NCBI GenBank assembly: GCA_000004985.1
Contig: GG738923.1
Source of the DNA: Naegleria gruberi
Lineage: Eukaryota
Strand: one strand, 5' to 3'
Length of the DNA: 64,000 nucleotides
Numbering within the stretch: position 1 is the stretch's first letter; every line of letters starts with the position of its first letter. Positions 50,101 to 62,100 of this stretch are shown here, one piece after another. Position numbers and translations under genes: made by a program. The notes beneath the pieces were generated by a model. That model was given only the letters and a program-made list of their open reading frames with translations. It was not told where the DNA came from and did not search any database.

Positions 50101-53100
50101 NNNNNNNNNNNNNNNNNNNNNNNNNNNNNNNNNNNNNNNNNNNNNNNNNNNNNNNNNNNNNNNNNNNNNNNNNNNNNNNNNNNNNNNNNNNNNNNNNNNN
50201 NNNNNNNNNNNNNNNNNNNNNNNNNNNNNNNNNNNNNNNNNNNNNNNNNNNNNNNNNNNNNNNNNNNNNNNNNNNNNNNNNNNNNNNNNNNNNNNNNNNN
50301 NNNNNNNNNNNNNNNNNNNNNNNNNNNNNNNNNNNNNNNNNNNNNNNNNNNNNNNNNNNNNNNNNNNNNNNNNNNNNNNNNNNNNNNNNNNNNNNNNNNN
50401 NNNNNNNNNNNNNNNNNNNNNNNNNNNNNNNNNNNNNNNNNNNNNNNNNNNNNNNNNNNNNNNNNNNNNNNNNNNNNNNNNNNNNNNNNNNNNNNNNNNN
50501 NNNNNNNNNNNNNNNNNNNNNNNNNNNNNNNNNNNNNNNNNNNNNNNNNNNNNNNNNNNNNNNNNNNNNNNNNNNNNNNNNNNNNNNNNNNNNNNNNNNN
50601 NNNNNNNNNNNNNNNNNNNNNNNNNNNNNNNNNNNNNNNNNNNNNNNNNNNNNNNNNNNNNNNNNNNNNNNNNNNNNNNNNNNNNNNNNNNNNNNNNNNN
50701 NNNNNNNNNNNNNNNNNNNNNNNNNNNNNNNNNNNNNNNNNNNNNNNNNNNNNNNNNNNNNNNNNNNNNNNNNNNNNNNNNNNNNNNNNNNNNNNNNNNN
50801 NNNNNNNNNNNNNNNNNNNNNNNNNNNNNNNNNNNNNNNNNNNNNNNNNNNNNNNNNNNNNNNNNNNNNNNNNNNNNNNNNNNNNNNNNNNNNNNNNNNN
50901 NNNNNNNNNNNNNNNNNNNNNNNNNNNNNNNNNNNNNNNNNNNNNNNNNNNNNNNNNNNNNNNNNNNNNNNNNNNNNNNNNNNNNNNNNNNNNNNNNNNN
51001 NNNNNNNNNNNNNNNNNNNNNNNNNNNNNNNNNNNNNNNNNNNNNNNNNNNNNNNNNNNNNNNNNNNNNNNNNNNNNNNNNNNNNNNNNNNNNNNNNNNN
51101 NNNNNNNNNNNNNNNNNNNNNNNNNNNNNNNNNNNNNNNNNNNNNNNNNNNNNNNNNNNNNNNNNNNNNNNNNNNNNNNNNNNNNNNNNNNNNNNNNNNN
51201 NNNNNNNNNNNNNNNNNNNNNNNNNNNNNNNNNNNNNNNNNNNNNNNNNNNNNNNNNNNNNNNNNNNNNNNNNNNNNNNNNNNNNNNNNNNNNNNNNNNN
51301 NNNNNNNNNNNNNNNNNNNNNNNNNNNNNNNNNNNNNNNNNNNNNNNNNNNNNNNNNNNNNNNNNNNNNNNNNNNNNNNNNNNNNNNNNNNNNNNNNNNN
51401 NNNNNNNNNNNNNNNNNNNNNNNNNNNNNNNNNNNNNNNNNNNNNNNNNNNNNNNNNNNNNNNNNNNNNNNNNNNNNNNNNNNNNNNNNNNNNNNNNNNN
51501 NNNNNNNNNNNNNNNNNNNNNNNNNNNNNNNNNNNNNNNNNNNNNNNNNNNNNNNNNNNNNNNNNNNNNNNNNNNNNNNNNNNNNNNNNNNNNNNNNNNN
51601 NNNNNNNNNNNNNNNNNNNNNNNNNNNNNNNNNNNNNNNNNNNNNNNNNNNNNNNNNNNNNNNNNNNNNNNNNNNNNNNNNNNNNNNNNNNNNNNNNNNN
51701 NNNNNNNNNNNNNNNNNNNNNNNNNNNNNNNNNNNNNNNNNNNNNNNNNNNNNNNNNNNNNNNNNNNNNNNNNNNNNNNNNNNNNNNNNNNNNNNNNNNN
51801 NNNNNNNNNNNNNNNNNNNNNNNNNNNNNNNNNNNNNNNNNNNNNNNNNNNNNNNNNNNNNNNNNNNNNNNNNNNNNNNNNNNNNNNNNNNNNNNNNNNN
51901 NNNNNNNNNNNNNNNNNNNNNNNNNNNNNNNNNNNNNNNNNNNNNNNNNNNNNNNNNNNNNNNNNNNNNNNNNNNNNNNNNNNNNNNNNNNNNNNNNNNN
52001 NNNNNNNNNNNNNNNNNNNNNNNNNNNNNNNNNNNNNNNNNNNNNNNNNNNNNNNNNNNNNNNNNNNNNNNNNNNNNNNNNNNNNNNNNNNNNNNNNNNN
52101 NNNNNNNNNNNNNNNNNNNNNNNNNNNNNNNNNNNNNNNNNNNNNNNNNNNNNNNNNNNNNNNNNNNNNNNNNNNNNNNNNNNNNNNNNNNNNNNNNNNN
52201 NNNNNNNNNNNNNNNNNNNNNNNNNNNNNNNNNNNNNNNNNNNNNNNNNNNNNNNNNNNNNNNNNNNNNNNNNNNNNNNNNNNNNNNNNNNNNNNNNNNN
52301 NNNNNNNNNNNNNNNNNNNNNNNNNNNNNNNNNNNNNNNNNNNNNNNNNNNNNNNNNNNNNNNNNNNNNNNNNNNNNNNNNNNNNNNNNNNNNNNNNNNN
52401 NNNNNNNNNNNNNNNNNNNNNNNNNNNNNNNNNNNNNNNNNNNNNNNNNNNNNNNNNNNNNNNNNNNNNNNNNNNNNNNNNNNNNNNNNNNNNNNNNNNN
52501 NNNNNNNNNNNNNNNNNNNNNNNNNNNNNNNNNNNNNNNNNNNNNNNNNNNNNNNNNNNNNNNNNNNNNNNNNNNNNNNNNNNNNNNNNNNNNNNNNNNN
52601 NNNNNNNNNNNNNNNNNNNNNNNNNNNNNNNNNNNNNNNNNNNNNNNNNNNNNNNNNNNNNNNNNNNNNNNNNNNNNNNNNNNNNNNNNNNNNNNNNNNN
52701 NNNNNNNNNNNNNNNNNNNNNNNNNNNNNNNNNNNNNNNNNNNNNNNNNNNNNNNNNNNNNNNNNNNNNNNNNNNNNNNNNNNNNNNNNNNNNNNNNNNN
52801 NNNNNNNNNNNNNNNNNNNNNNNNNNNNNNNNNNNNNNNNNNNNNNNNNNNNNNNNNNNNNNNNNNNNNNNNNNNNNNNNNNNNNNNNNNNNNNNNNNNN
52901 NNNNNNNNNNNNNNNNNNNNNNNNNNNNNNNNNNNNNNNNNNNNNNNNNNNNNNNNNNNNNNNNNNNNNNNNNNNNNNNNNNNNNNNNNNNNNNNNNNNN
53001 NNNNNNNNNNNNNNNNNNNNNNNNNNNNNNNNNNNNNNNNNNNNNNNNNNNNNNNNNNNNNNNNNNNNNNNNNNNNNNNNNNNNNNNNNNNNNNNNNNNN

Positions 53101-56100
53101 NNNNNNNNNNNNNNNNNNNNNNNNNNNNNNNNNNNNNNNNNNNNNNNNNNNNNNNNNNNNNNNNNNNNNNNNNNNNNNNNNNNNNNNNNNNNNNNNNNNN
53201 NNNNNNNNNNNNNNNNNNNNNNNNNNNNNNNNNNNNNNNNNNNNNNNNNNNNNNNNNNNNNNNNNNNNNNNNNNNNNNNNNNNNNNNNNNNNNNNNNNNN
53301 NNNNNNNNNNNNNNNNNNNNNNNNNNNNNNNNNNNNNNNNNNNNNNNNNNNNNNNNNNNNNNNNNNNNNNNNNNNNNNNNNNNNNNNNNNNNNNNNNNNN
53401 NNNNNNNNNNNNNNNNNNNNNNNNNNNNNNNNNNNNNNNNNNNNNNNNNNNNNNNNNNNNNNNNNNNNNNNNNNNNNNNNNNNNNNNNNNNNNNNNNNNN
53501 NNNNNNNNNNNNNNNNNNNNNNNNNNNNNNNNNNNNNNNNNNNNNNNNNNNNNNNNNNNNNNNNNNNNNNNNNNNNNNNNNNNNNNNNNNNNNNNNNNNN
53601 NNNNNNNNNNNNNNNNNNNNNNNNNNNNNNNNNNNNNNNNNNNNNNNNNNNNNNNNNNNNNNNNNNNNNNNNNNNNNNNNNNNNNNNNNNNNNNNNNNNN
53701 NNNNNNNNNNNNNNNNNNNNNNNNNNNNNNNNNNNNNNNNNNNNNNNNNNNNNNNNNNNNNNNNNNNNNNNNNNNNNNNNNNNNNNNNNNNNNNNNNNNN
53801 NNNNNNNNNNNNNNNNNNNNNNNNNNNNNNNNNNNNNNNNNNNNNNNNNNNNNNNNNNNNNNNNNNNNNNNNNNNNNNNNNNNNNNNNNNNNNNNNNNNN
53901 NNNNNNNNNNNNNNNNNNNNNNNNNNNNNNNNNNNNNNNNNNNNNNNNNNNNNNNNNNNNNNNNNNNNNNNNNNNNNNNNNNNNNNNNNNNNNNNNNNNN
54001 NNNNNNNNNNNNNNNNNNNNNNNNNNNNNNNNNNNNNNNNNNNNNNNNNNNNNNNNNNNNNNNNNNNNNNNNNNNNNNNNNNNNNNNNNNNNNNNNNNNN
54101 NNNNNNNNNNNNNNNNNNNNNNNNNNNNNNNNNNNNNNNNNNNNNNNNNNNNNNNNNNNNNNNNNNNNNNNNNNNNNNNNNNNNNNNNNNNNNNNNNNNN
54201 NNNNNNNNNNNNNNNNNNNNNNNNNNNNNNNNNNNNNNNNNNNNNNNNNNNNNNNNNNNNNNNNNNNNNNNNNNNNNNNNNNNNNNNNNNNNNNNNNNNN
54301 NNNNNNNNNNNNNNNNNNNNNNNNNNNNNNNNNNNNNNNNNNNNNNNNNNNNNNNNNNNNNNNNNNNNNNNNNNNNNNNNNNNNNNNNNNNNNNNNNNNN
54401 NNNNNNNNNNNNNNNNNNNNNNNNNNNNNNNNNNNNNNNNNNNNNNNNNNNNNNNNNNNNNNNNNNNNNNNNNNNNNNNNNNNNNNNNNNNNNNNNNNNN
54501 NNNNNNNNNNNNNNNNNNNNNNNNNNNNNNNNNNNNNNNNNNNNNNNNNNNNNNNNNNNNNNNNNNNNNNNNNNNNNNNNNNNNNNNNNNNNNNNNNNNN
54601 NNNNNNNNNNNNNNNNNNNNNNNNNNNNNNNNNNNNNNNNNNNNNNNNNNNNNNNNNNNNNNNNNNNNNNNNNNNNNNNNNNNNNNNNNNNNNNNNNNNN
54701 NNNNNNNNNNNNNNNNNNNNNNNNNNNNNNNNNNNNNNNNNNNNNNNNNNNNNNNNNNNNNNNNNNNNNNNNNNNNNNNNNNNNNNNNNNNNNNNNNNNN
54801 NNNNNNNNNNNNNNNNNNNNNNNNNNNNNNNNNNNNNNNNNNNNNNNNNNNNNNNNNNNNNNNNNNNNNNNNNNNNNNNNNNNNNNNNNNNNNNNNNNNN
54901 NNNNNNNNNNNNNNNNNNNNNNNNNNNNNNNNNNNNNNNNNNNNNNNNNNNNNNNNNNNNNNNNNNNNNNNNNNNNNNNNNNNNNNNNNNNNNNNNNNNN
55001 NNNNNNNNNNNNNNNNNNNNNNNNNNNNNNNNNNNNNNNNNNNNNNNNNNNNNNNNNNNNNNNNNNNNNNNNNNNNNNNNNNNNNNNNNNNNNNNNNNNN
55101 NNNNNNNNNNNNNNNNNNNNNNNNNNNNNNNNNNNNNNNNNNNNNNNNNNNNNNNNNNNNNNNNNNNNNNNNNNNNNNNNNNNNNNNNNNNNNNNNNNNN
55201 NNNNNNNNNNNNNNNNNNNNNNNNNNNNNNNNNNNNNNNNNNNNNNNNNNNNNNNNNNNNNNNNNNNNNNNNNNNNNNNNNNNNNNNNNNNNNNNNNNNN
55301 NNNNNNNNNNNNNNNNNNNNNNNNNNNNNNNNNNNNNNNNNNNNNNNNNNNNNNNNNNNNNNNNNNNNNNNNNNNNNNNNNNNNNNNNNNNNNNNNNNNN
55401 NNNNNNNNNNNNNNNNNNNNNNNNNNNNNNNNNNNNNNNNNNNNNNNNNNNNNNNNNNNNNNNNNNNNNNNNNNNNNNNNNNNNNNNNNNNNNNNNNNNN
55501 NNNNNNNNNNNNNNNNNNNNNNNNNNNNNNNNNNNNNNNNNNNNNNNNNNNNNNNNNNNNNNNNNNNNNNNNNNNNNNNNNNNNNNNNNNNNNNNNNNNN
55601 NNNNNNNNNNNNNNNNNNNNNNNNNNNNNNNNNNNNNNNNNNNNNNNNNNNNNNNNNNNNNNNNNNNNNNNNNNNNNNNNNNNNNNNNNNNNNNNNNNNN
55701 NNNNNNNNNNNNNNNNNNNNNNNNNNNNNNNNNNNNNNNNNNNNNNNNNNNNNNNNNNNNNNNNNNNNNNNNNNNNNNNNNNNNNNNNNNNNNNNNNNNN
55801 NNNNNNNNNNNNNNNNNNNNNNNNNNNNNNNNNNNNNNNNNNNNNNNNNNNNNNNNNNNNNNNNNNNNNNNNNNNNNNNNNNNNNNNNNNNNNNNNNNNN
55901 NNNNNNNNNNNNNNNNNNNNNNNNNNNNNNNNNNNNNNNNNNNNNNNNNNNNNNNNNNNNNNNNNNNNNNNNNNNNNNNNNNNNNNNNNNNNNNNNNNNN
56001 NNNNNNNNNNNNNNNNNNNNNNNNNNNNNNNNNNNNNNNNNNNNNNNNNNNNNNNNNNNNNNNNNNNNNNNNNNNNNNNNNNNNNNNNNNNNNNNNNNNN

Positions 56101-59100
56101 NNNNNNNNNNNNNNNNNNNNNNNNNNNNNNNNNNNNNNNNNNNNNNNNNNNNNNNNNNNNNNNNNNNNNNNNNNNNNNNNNNNNNNNNNNNNNNNNNNNN
56201 NNNNNNNNNNNNNNNNNNNNNNNNNNNNNNNNNNNNNNNNNNNNNNNNNNNNNNNNNNNNNNNNNNNNNNNNNNNNNNNNNNNNNNNNNNNNNNNNNNNN
56301 NNNNNNNNNNNNNNNNNNNNNNNNNNNNNNNNNNNNNNNNNNNNNNNNNNNNNNNNNNNNNNNNNNNNNNNNNNNNNNNNNNNNNNNNNNNNNNNNNNNN
56401 NNNNNNNNNNNNNNNNNNNNNNNNNNNNNNNNNNNNNNNNNNNNNNNNNNNNNNNNNNNNNNNNNNNNNNNNNNNNNNNNNNNNNNNNNNNNNNNNNNNN
56501 NNNNNNNNNNNNNNNNNNNNNNNNNNNNNNNNNNNNNNNNNNNNNNNNNNNNNNNNNNNNNNNNNNNNNNNNNNNNNNNNNNNNNNNNNNNNNNNNNNNN
56601 NNNNNNNNNNNNNNNNNNNNNNNNNNNNNNNNNNNNNNNNNNNNNNNNNNNNNNNNNNNNNNNNNNNNNNNNNNNNNNNNNNNNNNNNNNNNNNNNNNNN
56701 NNNNNNNNNNNNNNNNNNNNNNNNNNNNNNNNNNNNNNNNNNNNNNNNNNNNNNNNNNNNNNNNNNNNNNNNNNNNNNNNNNNNNNNNNNNNNNNNNNNN
56801 NNNNNNNNNNNNNNNNNNNNNNNNNNNNNNNNNNNNNNNNNNNNNNNNNNNNNNNNNNNNNNNNNNNNNNNNNNNNNNNNNNNNNNNNNNNNNNNNNNNN
56901 NNNNNNNNNNNNNNNNNNNNNNNNNNNNNNNNNNNNNNNNNNNNNNNNNNNNNNNNNNNNNNNNNNNNNNNNNNNNNNNNNNNNNNNNNNNNNNNNNNNN
57001 NNNNNNNNNNNNNNNNNNNNNNNNNNNNNNNNNNNNNNNNNNNNNNNNNNNNNNNNNNNNNNNNNNNNNNNNNNNNNNNNNNNNNNNNNNNNNNNNNNNN
57101 NNNNNNNNNNNNNNNNNNNNNNNNNNNNNNNNNNNNNNNNNNNNNNNNNNNNNNNNNNNNNNNNNNNNNNNNNNNNNNNNNNNNNNNNNNNNNNNNNNNN
57201 NNNNNNNNNNNNNNNNNNNNNNNNNNNNNNNNNNNNNNNNNNNNNNNNNNNNNNNNNNNNNNNNNNNNNNNNNNNNNNNNNNNNNNNNNNNNNNNNNNNN
57301 NNNNNNNNNNNNNNNNNNNNNNNNNNNNNNNNNNNNNNNNNNNNNNNNNNNNNNNNNNNNNNNNNNNNNNNNNNNNNNNNNNNNNNNNNNNNNNNNNNNN
57401 NNNNNNNNNNNNNNNNNNNNNNNNNNNNNNNNNNNNNNNNNNNNNNNNNNNNNNNNNNNNNNNNNNNNNNNNNNNNNNNNNNNNNNNNNNNNNNNNNNNN
57501 NNNNNNNNNNNNNNNNNNNNNNNNNNNNNNNNNNNNNNNNNNNNNNNNNNNNNNNNNNNNNNNNNNNNNNNNNNNNNNNNNNNNNNNNNNNNNNNNNNNN
57601 NNNNNNNNNNNNNNNNNNNNNNNNNNNNNNNNNNNNNNNNNNNNNNNNNNNNNNNNNNNNNNNNNNNNNNNNNNNNNNNNNNNNNNNNNNNNNNNNNNNN
57701 NNNNNNNNNNNNNNNNNNNNNNNNNNNNNNNNNNNNNNNNNNNNNNNNNNNNNNNNNNNNNNNNNNNNNNNNNNNNNNNNNNNNNNNNNNNNNNNNNNNN
57801 NNNNNNNNNNNNNNNNNNNNNNNNNNNNNNNNNNNNNNNNNNNNNNNNNNNNNNNNNNNNNNNNNNNNNNNNNNNNNNNNNNNNNNNNNNNNNNNNNNNN
57901 NNNNNNNNNNNNNNNNNNNNNNNNNNNNNNNNNNNNNNNNNNNNNNNNNNNNNNNNNNNNNNNNNNNNNNNNNNNNNNNNNNNNNNNNNNNNNNNNNNNN
58001 NNNNNNNNNNNNNNNNNNNNNNNNNNNNNNNNNNNNNNNNNNNNNNNNNNNNNNNNNNNNNNNNNNNNNNNNNNNNNNNNNNNNNNNNNNNNNNNNNNNN
58101 NNNNNNNNNNNNNNNNNNNNNNNNNNNNNNNNNNNNNNNNNNNNNNNNNNNNNNNNNNNNNNNNNNNNNNNNNNNNNNNNNNNNNNNNNNNNNNNNNNNN
58201 NNNNNNNNNNNNNNNNNNNNNNNNNNNNNNNNNNNNNNNNNNNNNNNNNNNNNNNNNNNNNNNNNNNNNNNNNNNNNNNNNNNNNNNNNNNNNNNNNNNN
58301 NNNNNNNNNNNNNNNNNNNNNNNNNNNNNNNNNNNNNNNNNNNNNNNNNNNNNNNNNNNNNNNNNNNNNNNNNNNNNNNNNNNNNNNNNNNNNNNNNNNN
58401 NNNNNNNNNNNNNNNNNNNNNNNNNNNNNNNNNNNNNNNNNNNNNNNNNNNNNNNNNNNNNNNNNNNNNNNNNNNNNNNNNNNNNNNNNNNNNNNNNNNN
58501 NNNNNNNNNNNNNNNNNNNNNNNNNNNNNNNNNNNNNNNNNNNNNNNNNNNNNNNNNNNNNNNNNNNNNNNNNNNNNNNNNNNNNNNNNNNNNNNNNNNN
58601 NNNNNNNNNNNNNNNNNNNNNNNNNNNNNNNNNNNNNNNNNNNNNNNNNNNNNNNNNNNNNNNNNNNNNNNNNNNNNNNNNNNNNNNNNNNNNNNNNNNN
58701 NNNNNNNNNNNNNNNNNNNNNNNNNNNNNNNNNNNNNNNNNNNNNNNNNNNNNNNNNNNNNNNNNNNNNNNNNNNNNNNNNNNNNNNNNNNNNNNNNNNN
58801 NNNNNNNNNNNNNNNNNNNNNNNNNNNNNNNNNNNNNNNNNNNNNNNNNNNNNNNNNNNNNNNNNNNNNNNNNNNNNNNNNNNNNNNNNNNNNNNNNNNN
58901 NNNNNNNNNNNNNNNNNNNNNNNNNNNNNNNNNNNNNNNNNNNNNNNNNNNNNNNNNNNNNNNNNNNNNNNNNNNNNNNNNNNNNNNNNNNNNNNNNNNN
59001 NNNNNNNNNNNNNNNNNNNNNNNNNNNNNNNNNNNNNNNNNNNNNNNNNNNNNNNNNNNNNNNNNNNNNNNNNNNNNNNNNNNNNNNNNNNNNNNNNNNN

Positions 59101-62100
59101 NNNNNNNNNNNNNNNNNNNNNNNNNNNNNNNNNNNNNNNNNNNNNNNNNNNNNNNNNNNNNNNNNNNNNNNNNNNNNNNNNNNNNNNNNNNNNNNNNNNN
59201 NNNNNNNNNNNNNNNNNNNNNNNNNNNNNNNNNNNNNNNNNNNNNNNNNNNNNNNNNNNNNNNNNNNNNNNNNNNNNNNNNNNNNNNNNNNNNNNNNNNN
59301 NNNNNNNNNNNNNNNNNNNNNNNNNNNNNNNNNNNNNNNNNNNNNNNNNNNNNNNNNNNNNNNNNNNNNNNNNNNNNNNNNNNNNNNNNNNNNNNNNNNN
59401 NNNNNNNNNNNNNNNNNNNNNNNNNNNNNNNNNNNNNNNNNNNNNNNNNNNNNNNNNNNNNNNNNNNNNNNNNNNNNNNNNNNNNNNNNNNNNNNNNNNN
59501 NNNNNNNNNNNNNNNNNNNNNNNNNNNNNNNNNNNNNNNNNNNNNNNNNNNNNNNNNNNNNNNNNNNNNNNNNNNNNNNNNNNNNNNNNNNNNNNNNNNN
59601 NNNNNNNNNNNNNNNNNNNNNNNNNNNNNNNNNNNNNNNNNNNNNNNNNNNNNNNNNNNNNNNNNNNNNNNNNNNNNNNNNNNNNNNNNNNNNNNNNNNN
59701 NNNNNNNNNNNNNNNNNNNNNNNNNNNNNNNNNNNNNNNNNNNNNNNNNNNNNNNNNNNNNNNNNNNNNNNNNNNNNNNNNNNNNNNNNNNNNNNNNNNN
59801 NNNNNNNNNNNNNNNNNNNNNNNNNNNNNNNNNNNNNNNNNNNNNNNNNNNNNNNNNNNNNNNNNNNNNNNNNNNNNNNNNNNNNNNNNNNNNNNNNNNN
59901 NNNNNNNNNNNNNNNNNNNNNNNNNNNNNNNNNNNNNNNNNNNNNNNNNNNNNNNNNNNNNNNNNNNNNNNNNNNNNNNNNNNNNNNNNNNNNNNNNNNN
60001 NNNNNNNNNNNNNNNNNNNNNNNNNNNNNNNNNNNNNNNNNNNNNNNNNNNNNNNNNNNNNNNNNNNNNNNNNNNNNNNNNNNNNNNNNNNNNNNNNNNN
60101 NNNNNNNNNNNNNNNNNNNNNNNNNNNNNNNNNNNNNNNNNNNNNNNNNNNNNNNNNNNNNNNNNNNNNNNNNNNNNNNNNNNNNNNNNNNNNNNNNNNN
60201 NNNNNNNNNNNNNNNNNNNNNNNNNNNNNNNNNNNNNNNNNNNNNNNNNNNNNNNNNNNNNNNNNNNNNNNNNNNNNNNNNNNNNNNNNNNNNNNNNNNN
60301 NNNNNNNNNNNNNNNNNNNNNNNNNNNNNNNNNNNNNNNNNNNNNNNNNNNNNNNNNNNNNNNNNNNNNNNNNNNNNNNNNNNNNNNNNNNNNNNNNNNN
60401 NNNNNNNNNNNNNNNNNNNNNNNNNNNNNNNNNNNNNNNNNNNNNNNNNNNNNNNNNNNNNNNNNNNNNNNNNNNNNNNNNNNNNNNNNNNNNNNNNNNN
60501 NNNNNNNNNNNNNNNNNNNNNNNNNNNNNNNNNNNNNNNNNNNNNNNNNNNNNNNNNNNNNNNNNNNNNNNNNNNNNNNNNNNNNNNNNNNNNNNNNNNN
60601 NNNNNNNNNNNNNNNNNNNNNNNNNNNNNNNNNNNNNNNNNNNNNNNNNNNNNNNNNNNNNNNNNNNNNNNNNNNNNNNNNNNNNNNNNNNNNNNNNNNN
60701 NNNNNNNNNNNNNNNNNNNNNNNNNNNNNNNNNNNNNNNNNNNNNNNNNNNNNNNNNNNNNNNNNNNNNNNNNNNNNNNNNNNNNNNNNNNNNNNNNNNN
60801 NNNNNNNNNNNNNNNNNNNNNNNNNNNNNNNNNNNNNNNNNNNNNNNNNNNNNNNNNNNNNNNNNNNNNNNNNNNNNNNNNNNNNNNNNNNNNNNNNNNN
60901 NNNNNNNNNNNNNNNNNNNNNNNNNNNNNNNNNNNNNNNNNNNNNNNNNNNNNNNNNNNNNNNNNNNNNNNNNNNNNNNNNNNNNNNNNNNNNNNNNNNN
61001 NNNNNNNNNNNNNNNNNNNNNNNNNNNNNNNNNNNNNNNNNNNNNNNNNNNNNNNNNNNNNNNNNNNNNNNNNNNNNNNNNNNNNNNNNNNNNNNNNNNN
61101 NNNNNNNNNNNNNNNNNNNNNNNNNNNNNNNNNNNNNNNNNNNNNNNNNNNNNNNNNNNNNNNNNNNNNNNNNNNNNNNNNNNNNNNNNNNNNNNNNNNN
61201 NNNNNNNNNNNNNNNNNNNNNNNNNNNNNNNNNNNNNNNNNNNNNNNNNNNNNNNNNNNNNNNNNNNNNNNNNNNNNNNNNNNNNNNNNNNNNNNNNNNN
61301 NNNNNNNNNNNNNNNNNNNNNNNNNNNNNNNNNNNNNNNNNNNNNNNNNNNNNNNNNNNNNNNNNNNNNNNNNNNNNNNNNNNNNNNNNNNNNNNNNNNN
61401 NNNNNNNNNNNNNNNNNNNNNNNNNNNNNNNNNNNNNNNNNNNNNNNNNNNNNNNNNNNNNNNNNNNNNNNNNNNNNNNNNNNNNNNNNNNNNNNNNNNN
61501 NNNNNNNNNNNNNNNNNNNNNNNNNNNNNNNNNNNNNNNNNNNNNNNNNNNNNNNNNNNNNNNNNNNNNNNNNNNNNNNNNNNNNNNNNNNNNNNNNNNN
61601 NNNNNNNNNNNNNNNNNNNNNNNNNNNNNNNNNNNNNNNNNNNNNNNNNNNNNNNNNNNNNNNNNNNNNNNNNNNNNNNNNNNNNNNNNNNNNNNNNNNN
61701 NNNNNNNNNNNNNNNNNNNNNNNNNNNNNNNNNNNNNNNNNNNNNNNNNNNNNNNNNNNNNNNNNNNNNNNNNNNNNNNNNNNNNNNNNNNNNNNNNNNN
61801 NNNNNNNNNNNNNNNNNNNNNNNNNNNNNNNNNNNNNNNNNNNNNNNNNNNNNNNNNNNNNNNNNNNNNNNNNNNNNNNNNNNNNNNNNNNNNNNNNNNN
61901 NNNNNNNNNNNNNNNNNNNNNNNNNNNNNNNNNNNNNNNNNNNNNNNNNNNNNNNNNNNNNNNNNNNNNNNNNNNNNNNNNNNNNNNNNNNNNNNNNNNN
62001 NNNNNNNNNNNNNNNNNNNNNNNNNNNNNNNNNNNNNNNNNNNNNNNNNNNNNNNNNNNNNNNNNNNNNNNNNNNNNNNNNNNNNNNNNNNNNNNNNNNN